Of a DNA stretch of 64,000 bases, positions 18,058 through 26,979 are shown piece after piece. The position numbers were made by a program, and so were the translations under genes. The notes beneath the pieces were generated by a model. The model was not told the origin of the DNA. It saw nothing but the letters and a program-made list of their open reading frames with translations, and made no database searches. Source of the DNA: an uncultured SAR86 cluster bacterium (GTDB lineage Bacteria; Pseudomonadota; Gammaproteobacteria; Magnimaribacterales; D2472); the NCBI GenBank assembly GCA_902557575.1, contig CACEAR010000005.1, positions 17,773 through 81,772 of the forward strand. Direction: 5' to 3'. Numbering within the stretch: the first letter of the stretch is position 1; each line of letters begins with the position of its first letter.

Positions 18058-18886
18058 AATAAAATTAGCAGCACTTCAACTTCAATTAAATAAAACTGAT
18101 AATTTAGATTTTCTTTTAAATCAGTTAGATGACTTGATAAAAAGAAGAGATGATTTAGATCTAATTATTCTTAGTGAGCTTGCAGTTGGAGGAGCTGGAG
18201 CAAAGAACTGTAATCATCCCTTAAGAAAGTATGAAAAAATCTTTTCTGAATTTGCAAAAAATAATTCTATTTTTTTAATACCCGGAACCTTTTATGAAGA
18301 AGATGGACATAAGATATTTAACGTATCACCAGTTTTTAATAGGGATGGTGAAATAATTGCAAAGGCTAAGAAGATTTATCCATGGCTTCCTTATGAAATT
18401 GATGTAGATTCAAGTGATGAAATTTGTGTTTTTAATTTTGAAAATAAGGGAAATATAGGAATTCATATTTGTTACGACCTTTGGTTTCCAGAAACAGCAA
18501 GAGCTCTTGCAATAGCAGGTGCTGAACTAATTATTAATCCAACTATGACACCTACTAAAGATAGAGATATAGAGACAGTAATGGTGCAAGCTACTGCTGC
18601 TCAACAACAATGCTATTACGTTGACTTGAATGGTAGTGGAGAGCAGGGTGTTGGCAAGTCACTTATATGTGATTTTGAAGGCTCTGTAATAGATAAAGCT
18701 AACCAAGAGAATAAAATATTAGAAGCAGAAATAGATTTTGATAAAGTAAAAGAAGCAAGGATAAAAGGATTTATGGGACTAGGTCAGCCTCTTAAAAGCT
18801 TTAGAGACTATCCTTTTAATCCGGTAAATTATATGAATAAAGAATATTTAGATTCACTAGGAGATTTAAAAAAAGATAAGGAATAA
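18050..18886 (+). CDS. Carbon-nitrogen hydrolase (nitrilase superfamily amidase)
   Basis: Glu-Lys-Cys triad context: ILSELAV, KKIYPW, IHICYDLWFPE. I prefer the ATG at 18050 (MNKIKLAALQLQ), which overlaps the MFS stop. Confidence 0.8.
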   Translation: MNKIKLAALQLQLNKTDNLDFLLNQLDDLIKRRDDLDLIILSELAVGGAGAKNCNHPLRKYEKIFSEFAKNNSIFLIPGTFYEEDGHKIFNVSPVFNRDGEIIAKAKKIYPWLPYEIDVDSSDEICVFNFENKGNIGIHICYDLWFPETARALAIAGAELIINPTMTPTKDRDIETVMVQATAAQQQCYYVDLNGSGEQGVGKSLICDFEGSVIDKANQENKILEAEIDFDKVKEARIKGFMGLGQPLKSFRDYPFNPVNYMNKEYLDSLGDLKKDKE

Positions 18887-18887
18887 A

Positions 18888-19337
18888 TTATTTTAAAACA
18901 AAATCACCGCTCTCAAGATCGATAACGCTGTCAACTTTAATAAGGCTCCAATGTCTAAAGTTATATCTATATGAATGTTCAATAGGCTTTCCTACAAAAT
19001 TCTCATAGATAAGCTGTTTTGAGGCCTTTAAGGCTTTAAAGTCAAAATACTTACAATCATAGGCAGGCTTGATCTCACTATTTTCAAAGTCATACCAAAA
19101 ATAATTTCCATTTTTATCGATCAAATTGAAACACTTTGCTGAAGATATAGATTGTTGTTCAGTTCTTCCTTTCTCATTAATTAAAAAATCTACAACAGCA
19201 TAACCGCTTATTCTTTTTACATATGCGGATTTTGGATATTGTGGTTTAAATTTAGCTTTGGCCTTAAAGTCATCAGCAACAATGAATGAAGACATGTAAG
19301 AGAGAACTATTAAGAATTTAAAACTTATTTTGATCAT
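18888..19337 (-). CDS. Secreted protein with a TonB C-terminal-like domain
   Basis: Signal peptide followed by KPQYPKSAYVKRISGYAVVDFLINEKGR, which resembles the start of the TonB_C fold (P-x-Y-P...G-x-V-x-V-x-F). It has no TM or Pro-rich TonB N-terminal part. A Cys-containing insertion sits in the domain. Confidence 0.45.
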   Translation of the reverse strand: MIKISFKFLIVLSYMSSFIVADDFKAKAKFKPQYPKSAYVKRISGYAVVDFLINEKGRTEQQSISSAKCFNLIDKNGNYFWYDFENSEIKPAYDCKYFDFKALKASKQLIYENFVGKPIEHSYRYNFRHWSLIKVDSVIDLESGDFVLK

Positions 19338-19578
19338 AAGATTTATGCCTACCTACTGTGAAATCTCTTTTAGAGAGATGTTTAGTTTTTCTTCCATATA
19401 CTCTTTTTCTCCACAACTTATATGAGGAACTTTTTAAATGTTCTCTCATTAATTCTTTAACCTTTTGTTCCTTGAGGCCATATTGAGATTCAATAGCATC
19501 AAAGGTTGTTCTATCCTCCCACGCCATCTCTATGATTCTATTAATATCGGATTCTGATAAAGATTCGTTATTTTGCAT
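19318..19578 (-). CDS. TIGR03643 / DUF2805 family protein
   Basis: 86 aa. IIEMAWEDRTTFDAIESQYGL.E..V..LMR..L....YKLWRKRV is the signature I recall for this family. Confidence 0.75.
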   Translation of the reverse strand: MQNNESLSESDINRIIEMAWEDRTTFDAIESQYGLKEQKVKELMREHLKSSSYKLWRKRVYGRKTKHLSKRDFTVGRHKSYDQNKF

Positions 19579-20330
19579 TAGTTAAATGTTAAGCCACCAT
19601 CAACAGTAAGATTTTGACCTGTTATTGATCGAGATTGATCAGAAGCAAAAAATAAGGCCGCATCTGAAAAATCTTCAATTGTCGTAACTTTTTGAAGCGG
19701 AGTCATTTCAGCAATTGCATCGAAAACAAAATCCGGTGTTGCAGAACTTGCATCTGTTACTTTGAGCAAGCCACCCGAAAGCATGTTCACAGTTATTCCA
19801 TCTGGACCTAAATCCTTTGCAAATGTTCTTGTTAAACCTAAAAGAGCTGCTTTTGCTATTGTGTAATCATGATAAGGAACAACAGGATTCTGAACTAAGT
19901 TTGTTCCAACGTTAATAATTCTTCCAAAAGATTCGTTTTTCATATCTGGAATAAGACCCTGAATTAAATTTAAAGATCCTTTAAGAGTCACATTCAGGTG
20001 ATCCTGTATTTCATCCCAAGAGATGGATTCTGCTTTTTTTCTATCATCACCATTGAAGACATAGGAAGTCATTGCATTATTCACTAATATGGAGGGATGA
20101 TGCCCAAATTCTTCTTTGATACTCTCTAACATAGCGTCAACATCATCTTTACTTGAAACATCACATTTAAAGATATGAGATTGATTCGGAAGACTTTCAG
20201 ACAAGCTTTTTGCTTCTTTTTCACTTTTAAAGAAGTTAATAGCTACTTTATAACCAGCCTCGGAAAAAGACTTTGCCATAGCAGCACCAAGACCTCTACT
20301 TGAGCCAGATATTAATACTAATTTATCCAT
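19578..20330 (-). CDS. Short-chain dehydrogenase/reductase (FabG-like)
   Basis: ISGSSRGLGAA cofactor motif, NNAM, and the YxxxK motif (YTIAKAA); 250 aa. Its last base is shared with the downstream start. Confidence 0.85.
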   Translation of the reverse strand: MDKLVLISGSSRGLGAAMAKSFSEAGYKVAINFFKSEKEAKSLSESLPNQSHIFKCDVSSKDDVDAMLESIKEEFGHHPSILVNNAMTSYVFNGDDRKKAESISWDEIQDHLNVTLKGSLNLIQGLIPDMKNESFGRIINVGTNLVQNPVVPYHDYTIAKAALLGLTRTFAKDLGPDGITVNMLSGGLLKVTDASSATPDFVFDAIAEMTPLQKVTTIEDFSDAALFFASDQSRSITGQNLTVDGGLTFN

Positions 20331-20423
20331 TTGTTCTCCAAAGTTTGTTTATTTTAATCTTGATAGCATTAAATATATATAGATATGAGTTTTATTTGCA
20401 GTAATTAACTATAATATCTACAT

Positions 20424-20621
20424 ATGAACAAGAACAAATTAATATCAACAATAGTTTTAGTTATTCTTGGTTTTTCAACATCAGTAATTCTTTTTTTATA
20501 TCAAACAGAGAGGCTTGATATGGAAACAGCCCAGACATTAGCACTATATTTCTTTGGTGCGTTCATCTTATTTGGAGCTGTCTATCTATATTTTGATCTG
20601 AAAAACTTGAGTAAAAAATAA
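20424..20621 (+). CDS. Small 2-TM membrane protein, hypothetical
   Basis: 65 aa with two hydrophobic helices. It lies immediately upstream of the reductase gene. No family recognised. Confidence 0.35.
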   Translation: MNKNKLISTIVLVILGFSTSVILFLYQTERLDMETAQTLALYFFGAFILFGAVYLYFDLKNLSKK

Positions 20622-20632
20622 AGGAGACCTTT

Positions 20633-21646
20633 ATGGAAAAAGTATTAGTAACCGGTGGTTCCGGATTTATTGCTCTTCATTGTATCGATCAACTTCTAGA
20701 AAAGGGGTATGTCGTAAGAACAACAATTAGATCAGAATCAAGAATTGATGAAATTAAAAAAGCTATGAATCAATACCCAAATTTAGATCAAAATCTTGAA
20801 TTTCATATCTGCGACTTACTTGAAGACAGTGGTTGGGATGAGGCGGTAAATGGTTGTGAATATGTTTTACATGTTGCCTCACCTTTTATATTAGAAGTTC
20901 CAAGTGATGAAGATGTTCTTATTAGACCTGCTGTAGATGGAACCTTGAGAGTTTTAGATGCATGTTCAAGGAATAATGTTAAAAAAGTTGTTTTAACTTC
21001 TTCAGTTGCAGCTGTTGCGTATGGACATGAAAAATCAAAGATATATGATGAATCTGACTGGTCAAATACTGGAGAAGATTCAGGCATTACTCCCTATGCT
21101 AAAAGTAAAACTTTGGCAGAAAAGGCAGCTTGGGATTTTTTAGATACTTTGTCTAGTGATAAAAGATTTGATTTTACTGTTATAAATCCAGTTGGTGTTT
21201 TTGGCCCAATGCTCACAAGCGATATAGGTACTTCAAATTCGCTAGTTTCTAAGTTAATAAATGGTGAACTTCCTGCATGTCCAGCAACTCATATGGGTTA
21301 TGTGGATGTCAGGGATGTAGCAAAAGCTCACATTTTTTCAATGTTAAATGAGTCTACTAATAATAAACGTATTATTGTAAGTGAGTCAGAGATGTTCTTT
21401 GTCGATGTTGGCAGAATTCTAAATGATGCAGGATTTAAAAAATCACCTACTAAACAGATGCCAAACTGGTTAGTAAAGATACTTGCTATATTTGTTAAGG
21501 AGCTTTCGGGAGTCACTAAATCATTAGGTAAAAGAGTTGATACCGATAAATCTAGAGCAAAATCTCTATTTGATTGGGATTATATATCCGCTAAAGATTC
21601 CATAGTTGACACCGCTAATCAATTGTCTGCAATGGACAAGAAGTGA
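20633..21646 (+). CDS. NAD(P)-dependent epimerase/dehydratase family reductase (aldehyde / dihydroflavonol reductase-like)
   Basis: VTGGSGFIALH Rossmann motif and the YxxxK motif (YAKSK); 337 aa. Confidence 0.8.
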   Translation: MEKVLVTGGSGFIALHCIDQLLEKGYVVRTTIRSESRIDEIKKAMNQYPNLDQNLEFHICDLLEDSGWDEAVNGCEYVLHVASPFILEVPSDEDVLIRPAVDGTLRVLDACSRNNVKKVVLTSSVAAVAYGHEKSKIYDESDWSNTGEDSGITPYAKSKTLAEKAAWDFLDTLSSDKRFDFTVINPVGVFGPMLTSDIGTSNSLVSKLINGELPACPATHMGYVDVRDVAKAHIFSMLNESTNNKRIIVSESEMFFVDVGRILNDAGFKKSPTKQMPNWLVKILAIFVKELSGVTKSLGKRVDTDKSRAKSLFDWDYISAKDSIVDTANQLSAMDKK

Positions 21647-22011
21647 ACCAATTAAATATTTTTGATGAAGTTCTTCACGAATGCTGCTCAGATCCAATAA
21701 CTGGTTTTTTTAGAGATGGTTTTTGTAATACTAATGAATATGATCAAGGGCTTCATATAGTTTGCTGTCTTATAAATGATAAATTTTTACAATTTTCCTT
21801 TGACCAAGGAAATGATTTAATTACTCCTAGACCTGAATTCAATTTTCCTGGTTTAAAAGAAGGGGACTCATGGTGTGTTTGTGCACTGAGGTGGAAAGAG
21901 GCATATGAAAATGGATGTGCTCCAAAGATATATTTAAGAAGAACAAATAAAAAAGTCCTTAAGTTAGTTGATCTAAAGATTTTAAAAGAATTCGCTTTAG
22001 ACTTAGAATAA
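21643..22011 (+). CDS. DUF2237 family protein
   Basis: CCSDPITGFFRDGFCNT...HIVC...WCVCALRWKEA matches the Cys-rich DUF2237 pattern. The GTG start overlaps the upstream TGA (GTGA). Confidence 0.7.
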   Translation: MNQLNIFDEVLHECCSDPITGFFRDGFCNTNEYDQGLHIVCCLINDKFLQFSFDQGNDLITPRPEFNFPGLKEGDSWCVCALRWKEAYENGCAPKIYLRRTNKKVLKLVDLKILKEFALDLE

Positions 22012-22029
22012 GTTAATAAGAATTTCTAT

Positions 22030-22905
22030 ATGAAAGATTTTAATAATAAAGTTGCCTTAATAACTGGTGCTGGATCTGGAATAGGTCGCGCATTGGCTCT
22101 TCAGCTTGCTGAGGAGGGGTGTAACTTAGCGCTAGTTGATTGGAATAATGAAACACTTGAAGAGACAAAGTCTCTTTTAAGCTCAAAAAATATTTCTGTT
22201 TCAACACATAACTTTGATCTAAGAGATAAAGATAGGATAAATGAACTTCCAGATAAGATAATTGAACTGCATAACAATATTGATATTATTTTTAATAATG
22301 CAGGCTTATCGGTGGTTGGAACTGTTGATGAAGTTGATGAGGATGATTGGAATTTTGGTATGGATATCCTCCTTAATTCAGTTATTCAGATGAGCACTGT
22401 TTTTCTACCCCATCTTCAAAAAAGACCAGTATCAGCAATTGTTAATACTTCATCAATTTTTGGCCTTTTTAGTGTCCCGAAACAATCTATTTATAACGTT
22501 GGAAAGTTTGGTGTCAAAGCATTTACTGAGTCCCTGGCTCTAGAAATGGAAATGGATGAATCACCAGTTGAGGTTTATTGTGTGTTCCCAGGACACATTG
22601 GAACAAACATATACCATGCATCAAAATTCAAGAGCTTTGAGGCTGATGATGCAGGTGCTGCTATTTTTGGTGCAAATGCATCAACTATTGAAGAAGCGGC
22701 AGATCAATTTAAAAACAATGCTCCATCATCGCCTGAATATGCCGCTAAAGTAATAATAAAAAATATTAAAAAGAAAAATAAACGTATCTTGATTGGAGCC
22801 GATGCGCATTTTTATGACCTTATGAGCAGGCTTTCCCCAAAACATTTCTTAAAAATTATTTGGGTATGGCCATTTTTTAGGAATTTATTTACAAGAAATA
22901 AGTAA
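22030..22905 (+). CDS. Short-chain dehydrogenase/reductase
   Basis: TGAGSGIGRA, NNAG, and the YxxxK motif (YNVGKFG); 291 aa. Confidence 0.8.
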   Translation: MKDFNNKVALITGAGSGIGRALALQLAEEGCNLALVDWNNETLEETKSLLSSKNISVSTHNFDLRDKDRINELPDKIIELHNNIDIIFNNAGLSVVGTVDEVDEDDWNFGMDILLNSVIQMSTVFLPHLQKRPVSAIVNTSSIFGLFSVPKQSIYNVGKFGVKAFTESLALEMEMDESPVEVYCVFPGHIGTNIYHASKFKSFEADDAGAAIFGANASTIEEAADQFKNNAPSSPEYAAKVIIKNIKKKNKRILIGADAHFYDLMSRLSPKHFLKIIWVWPFFRNLFTRNK

Positions 22906-22935
22906 TTACCCGTTATAAAAATAGAAATTTGTTCT

Positions 22936-23616
22936 TTACTTAGTAACTATTCCTTCAGTATTTTTTGAAAACTCTTCAGCTTTTTCAGCATCTTTTAATA
23001 TGTTCTCTACAGGAACTGGTACTTTAATGCCAGCCTTCATCCCAGGCTGTTCATACATTGCATTTTTCCATCTATCTAGATGCTCTAAACCATCTATAGA
23101 AACCCCTGACCAGTTGTGCGTTCTAACCCAGCACCAATTTGCAATATCGGCAATGGAGTATTCGCCAGCAACCCATTCATTGTTCTTTAAATTATTATCA
23201 AGGACTTCAAAGAGTCTTCTACATTCATTTTGATATCTATCAATAGCAGGTTGGAGCTTTTCAGGAAAATATCTAAAAAAGACATTGGCTTGACCCATCA
23301 TTGGACCAATATGACCCATTTGAAACATTAGCCATTCTATAGTTCGTGCTCTTTTTTCTTTATCTGTTGGAAGCAGGAGTCCAGTTTTATCAGCTAAATA
23401 TATTAAGATTGCACCTGATTCAGCAAGCTTAAAACCATTTTCTTGATCAATAATTGCAGGTATCTTTCCATTTGGACTTATCTCAAGGAAGCTGGGTTTA
23501 TGTTGTTCACCTTCCATTAAATTAACGAGTATTGCATTGTAATCAAGATCCATTGCTTCTAATGCGCAAGATATTTTATGACCGTTTGGGGTTGGTGATG
23601 TATATAAATCAATCAT
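22936..23616 (-). CDS. Glutathione S-transferase, YfcG-like (Nu class)
   Basis: [16 protein letters not shown]...[12 protein letters not shown] closely parallels the E. coli YfcG N-terminus as I recall it. Confidence 0.8.
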   Translation of the reverse strand: MIDLYTSPTPNGHKISCALEAMDLDYNAILVNLMEGEQHKPSFLEISPNGKIPAIIDQENGFKLAESGAILIYLADKTGLLLPTDKEKRARTIEWLMFQMGHIGPMMGQANVFFRYFPEKLQPAIDRYQNECRRLFEVLDNNLKNNEWVAGEYSIADIANWCWVRTHNWSGVSIDGLEHLDRWKNAMYEQPGMKAGIKVPVPVENILKDAEKAEEFSKNTEGIVTK

Positions 23617-24073
23617 GTTTAGTATTTCCTCTTAATGATAAATAAAACATAAAAATTAAGTATAACAACACTGGTATATTTGAAATAACACCTGGTGGCG
23701 TATTTATATAATAATCTTCACCCAGAGGATGAAGATAGCCTGAAATTAATCTAAAGCACTGATCTAGTAGACATATCAAATAGATAAGCGGAATAAGATT
23801 CTTATACTTTATAAATAAAATTAATAAGATAATAGTTAGCGATACTTGCGTAGCACCCCACAATGACGCAAATAAGTAAATTATATTATTTGGATCTAAA
23901 CCATCGGTAATTGGAAATTCTTTAATAGTCGCAATACCAACAAGACCTGAATTTTCTGCAAGAAAATGTACAAGGGATCTAAAAATATAAATTGCAAAAA
24001 TTGGATACAAACCATATTGAACAAATTTTGAACCTTTATATTGATTATTTAGATCAGAAGGAAATAATTTCAT
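23609..24073 (-). CDS. Integral membrane protein, hypothetical
   Basis: 154 aa with about 4 TM helices. Overlaps at both ends (TAATG at 24073, 8 nt at 23609) place it inside the operon. Confidence 0.5.
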   Translation of the reverse strand: MKLFPSDLNNQYKGSKFVQYGLYPIFAIYIFRSLVHFLAENSGLVGIATIKEFPITDGLDPNNIIYLFASLWGATQVSLTIILLILFIKYKNLIPLIYLICLLDQCFRLISGYLHPLGEDYYINTPPGVISNIPVLLYLIFMFYLSLRGNTKHD

Positions 24074-25125
24074 TAATTGATCTGATCAATAATAACTTCA
24101 TCACTCCCCACTGGCATAATCACTCTGGTTCCATCATCTGAAAGAGTGTAGTGATCAAATATGCCAACAAGCGGCCTAAAAAAAACATCCTCCATGATTT
24201 TATTTCGAGGTGTAGGTATGGCATGGTAAATGAGTAAATGTTTTACATTAGCATCTCTAGAAATTTCACCCGCTTCTTTTATAGTTGTGTGATAGTCCTG
24301 AATATCAAATAAAATTTTGTTCAACTGTGGCAATGGAGCAATCTCTCTCATCCTTTCAACTATATCTATTGAAATAGCCGAATGCACTAATAAATCAGCA
24401 TCTTTTGAATACTTTTGAACACTTCCATCATGAATAGTATCTCCACTTATAACTACCGTTCTTCCTTTATAGGATATTTTAAAACCGAAGGCTGAATTTA
24501 CTGGATGATGATCTACCACAAACGGTAATATTTCTAATCCCGGAGTATCATTTGGAATGAATTGATTATCTATAAGTTGAATTGCATTAAATCCCGCAAT
24601 ACTCATTGGTAACATTTCATCTCCATGATGTTCATTTCTATACTGATAATCGGCTGAGTATGCTTGCTCAAATCCTTGTGTAACAAGATCAATTCCCTCA
24701 GGTCCATAAACCGTTAATGGTGAATCTCTTCCTTGAACCCAAGATTGAAGATGAGCATCAGGTAAGTCTGCTATATGATCTGAATGCATATGCGTTATTA
24801 AAACTGCTTTTACGTTGGGCCATGGAACTTGATATTGATTAACGTTGTCCATGCTTCCATTGCCTAGATCAAAAATATATATATCATCACCAGCTTCCAC
24901 AAGGATACACGCTTCAGCTCTTCCTGGAGATGGAAGAGGTGATCTTGAACCACAAACAACAACCTTTAAAGAGTCTTCTTTATCTAAGAAAGGCTCTACG
25001 CCAGCTAGTATATTCTTTAAACCTATATTCAAGATTCTGTCTTGTACTGAATGAGAATTTAATGATGCCAAGCCAATTAGAAATATTGAAAGTACACAAC
25101 CTATTAAAATTAATGCTTTTTTCAT
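24073..25125 (-). CDS. Exported MBL-fold metallo-hydrolase (RNase Z/ElaC-like, Lactamase_B_2)
   Basis: N-terminal signal peptide and the HxHxDH zinc motif (ITHMHSDHIAD); 350 aa. Confidence 0.75.
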   Translation of the reverse strand: MKKALILIGCVLSIFLIGLASLNSHSVQDRILNIGLKNILAGVEPFLDKEDSLKVVVCGSRSPLPSPGRAEACILVEAGDDIYIFDLGNGSMDNVNQYQVPWPNVKAVLITHMHSDHIADLPDAHLQSWVQGRDSPLTVYGPEGIDLVTQGFEQAYSADYQYRNEHHGDEMLPMSIAGFNAIQLIDNQFIPNDTPGLEILPFVVDHHPVNSAFGFKISYKGRTVVISGDTIHDGSVQKYSKDADLLVHSAISIDIVERMREIAPLPQLNKILFDIQDYHTTIKEAGEISRDANVKHLLIYHAIPTPRNKIMEDVFFRPLVGIFDHYTLSDDGTRVIMPVGSDEVIIDQIN

Positions 25126-25158
25126 AAGGATAATTTTAGCTGTTTTACTGATTTTTCT

Positions 25159-26979
25159 CTAATTTGAGAGGCTGCAATTTATGTTAATTAAAGAATATAA
25201 ATAATTAACTGTTCTATTTGAATCACCCCAAACATCAGCAGCGCTTATTAGATCAAGGCATCCCTCATTGTCTAAATTTATAGGCAATCCTTTAGCAATA
25301 GATTTATTATTAGAAAATGAATCCTTAACAGGTCTTTTTGGTAAATAAGAGTCATTTAGGGAGGTGAAAACTCCATTACCATTATTGATTGCAATATGAG
25401 CACCATTAATTTCTGTGTAATCTCTAGTAGAATGAAAAATGTCTAAATCACCATCTGAATCAAAGTCTCTTAGATAAATATTACCTTCTCCATGATGTGA
25501 TGCTTCACGTATCTGGTTTGGGAAATTATTTTCTGTTACATCTATAAGATTCCCATTAGTGTCATTCAGAAGGATTTGTAAATACGCACCTTCATAATAA
25601 GGAATGTCTCTTGTTACGGCTACAACAACGTCCATATATCCATCGTTGTTGAGGTCACCCCAATCAGCATGATTATATTTATTGTGGTTTACTCCAAAGG
25701 GACCCGCAGGTAATATTTTTAATTCCCATTCATTAATATTTGATGAGCCGTTACTAAGAACTATATGTCCCTCATGAGGATTAGTTTCAAAGCTCCATCT
25801 GTTATCAAAGTTCCAAAATATTAGATCATCATATTCATCATTATTAATATCAACCATTAAACTGGACATTGGATTACCATATTGAAATTGTAAATTTCTA
25901 TTTAAATTAGCTTCGAATGTAAAAAAACCTAATCCATCATTTACTAGGAGAATATTACATGCATATATATCAATATCTCCATCATTATCAAAATCACCAG
26001 CACTAGCATCGTGACTAAAGCCACATAACTTTCCATTTCCATCATTTTGGTCATCTATATTTGAAGAAGCATCATAAAATTTTCCATTAGTATCACTTAG
26101 CAGCAATAGATCTGGGTAAGGTTCAATAAAATTATTTGAGTAGTCTGGATCTCTATATTGAAGACCCATTGATCCAGCAAAAATATCATCAATTCCATCA
26201 CCATTGAAATCTTCAATAGCTAACCTGTAGGCAGCTGGATGAGTTGGAGGTTGACCTAATTGGTAAATAGCATTGTCTTCATAAAGATTTCCCTGACCAT
26301 CATTAAGATAAATTTCTACAGGCGCATTAATTTTTTGACTCAACTCAACAGTGTGAGGAAAAATTGCCCATGCTATGACAATATCCTCAAAACCATCACC
26401 ATTGAAGTCACCAATAGCCATATTATGAGCATCTTGACCAAATAATTCATTTTCATAAGTAGTGCAGTCATCTGGTGTCGGGTAGCAAATTGTTGCTGAA
26501 TATGTATCACTAATCTCTATACCACCAAATCCTAATCCATGAGACACAAAAAAATCTGATTTTGTTTCATCTTCATTAATAGGTTGCGGGGAGGGCAAAA
26601 ACTTTAAAAGATTTGGATTTCTATTCACCTCAAAGCTAATAGTTTCAGATTTATAAGGACACTCAGATGAAGAAATAGAAGCTATAGTCAGGCTTTTTAT
26701 TTCACTCACCTGCATTGTTACAGGCGCTCTAAATAAGAAATCTTTATTGTTTGTGGTTTTCATCCAATAAATATCATTAGAAGAAATATTAAATTCACAA
26801 TTTAGATTTGAATTAACATTGAAATTAACTAATTGATAGCTTTTTAAGTTATTGAGGTTTGAATAACTTATTACAAGTTCTGGTGAAGATGTTTCATCAG
26901 ATGAACCAGATCCAGAACTGCATGAATATACTATTATCAAAAAACCAAAAAATTGTATTAACTTATTGAGATTCAGCAT
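25159..26979 (-). CDS. FG-GAP/VCBS-repeat lipoprotein
   Basis: MLNLNKLIQFFGFLIIVYSC is a lipoprotein-type signal followed by a Ser/Gly linker. At least six D-x-N/D-x-D-G-x-x-D repeats are present (GDFNGDGFEDIVIA, EDFNGDGIDDIF, GDFDNDGDIDIY, GDLNNDGYMDVVV, RDFDSDGDLDIF...). I use the ATG at 26977-26979; the 640-aa track ORF is an upstream extension. Confidence 0.75.
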   Translation of the reverse strand: MLNLNKLIQFFGFLIIVYSCSSGSGSSDETSSPELVISYSNLNNLKSYQLVNFNVNSNLNCEFNISSNDIYWMKTTNNKDFLFRAPVTMQVSEIKSLTIASISSSECPYKSETISFEVNRNPNLLKFLPSPQPINEDETKSDFFVSHGLGFGGIEISDTYSATICYPTPDDCTTYENELFGQDAHNMAIGDFNGDGFEDIVIAWAIFPHTVELSQKINAPVEIYLNDGQGNLYEDNAIYQLGQPPTHPAAYRLAIEDFNGDGIDDIFAGSMGLQYRDPDYSNNFIEPYPDLLLLSDTNGKFYDASSNIDDQNDGNGKLCGFSHDASAGDFDNDGDIDIYACNILLVNDGLGFFTFEANLNRNLQFQYGNPMSSLMVDINNDEYDDLIFWNFDNRWSFETNPHEGHIVLSNGSSNINEWELKILPAGPFGVNHNKYNHADWGDLNNDGYMDVVVAVTRDIPYYEGAYLQILLNDTNGNLIDVTENNFPNQIREASHHGEGNIYLRDFDSDGDLDIFHSTRDYTEINGAHIAINNGNGVFTSLNDSYLPKRPVKDSFSNNKSIAKGLPINLDNEGCLDLISAADVWGDSNRTVNYLYSLININCSLSN

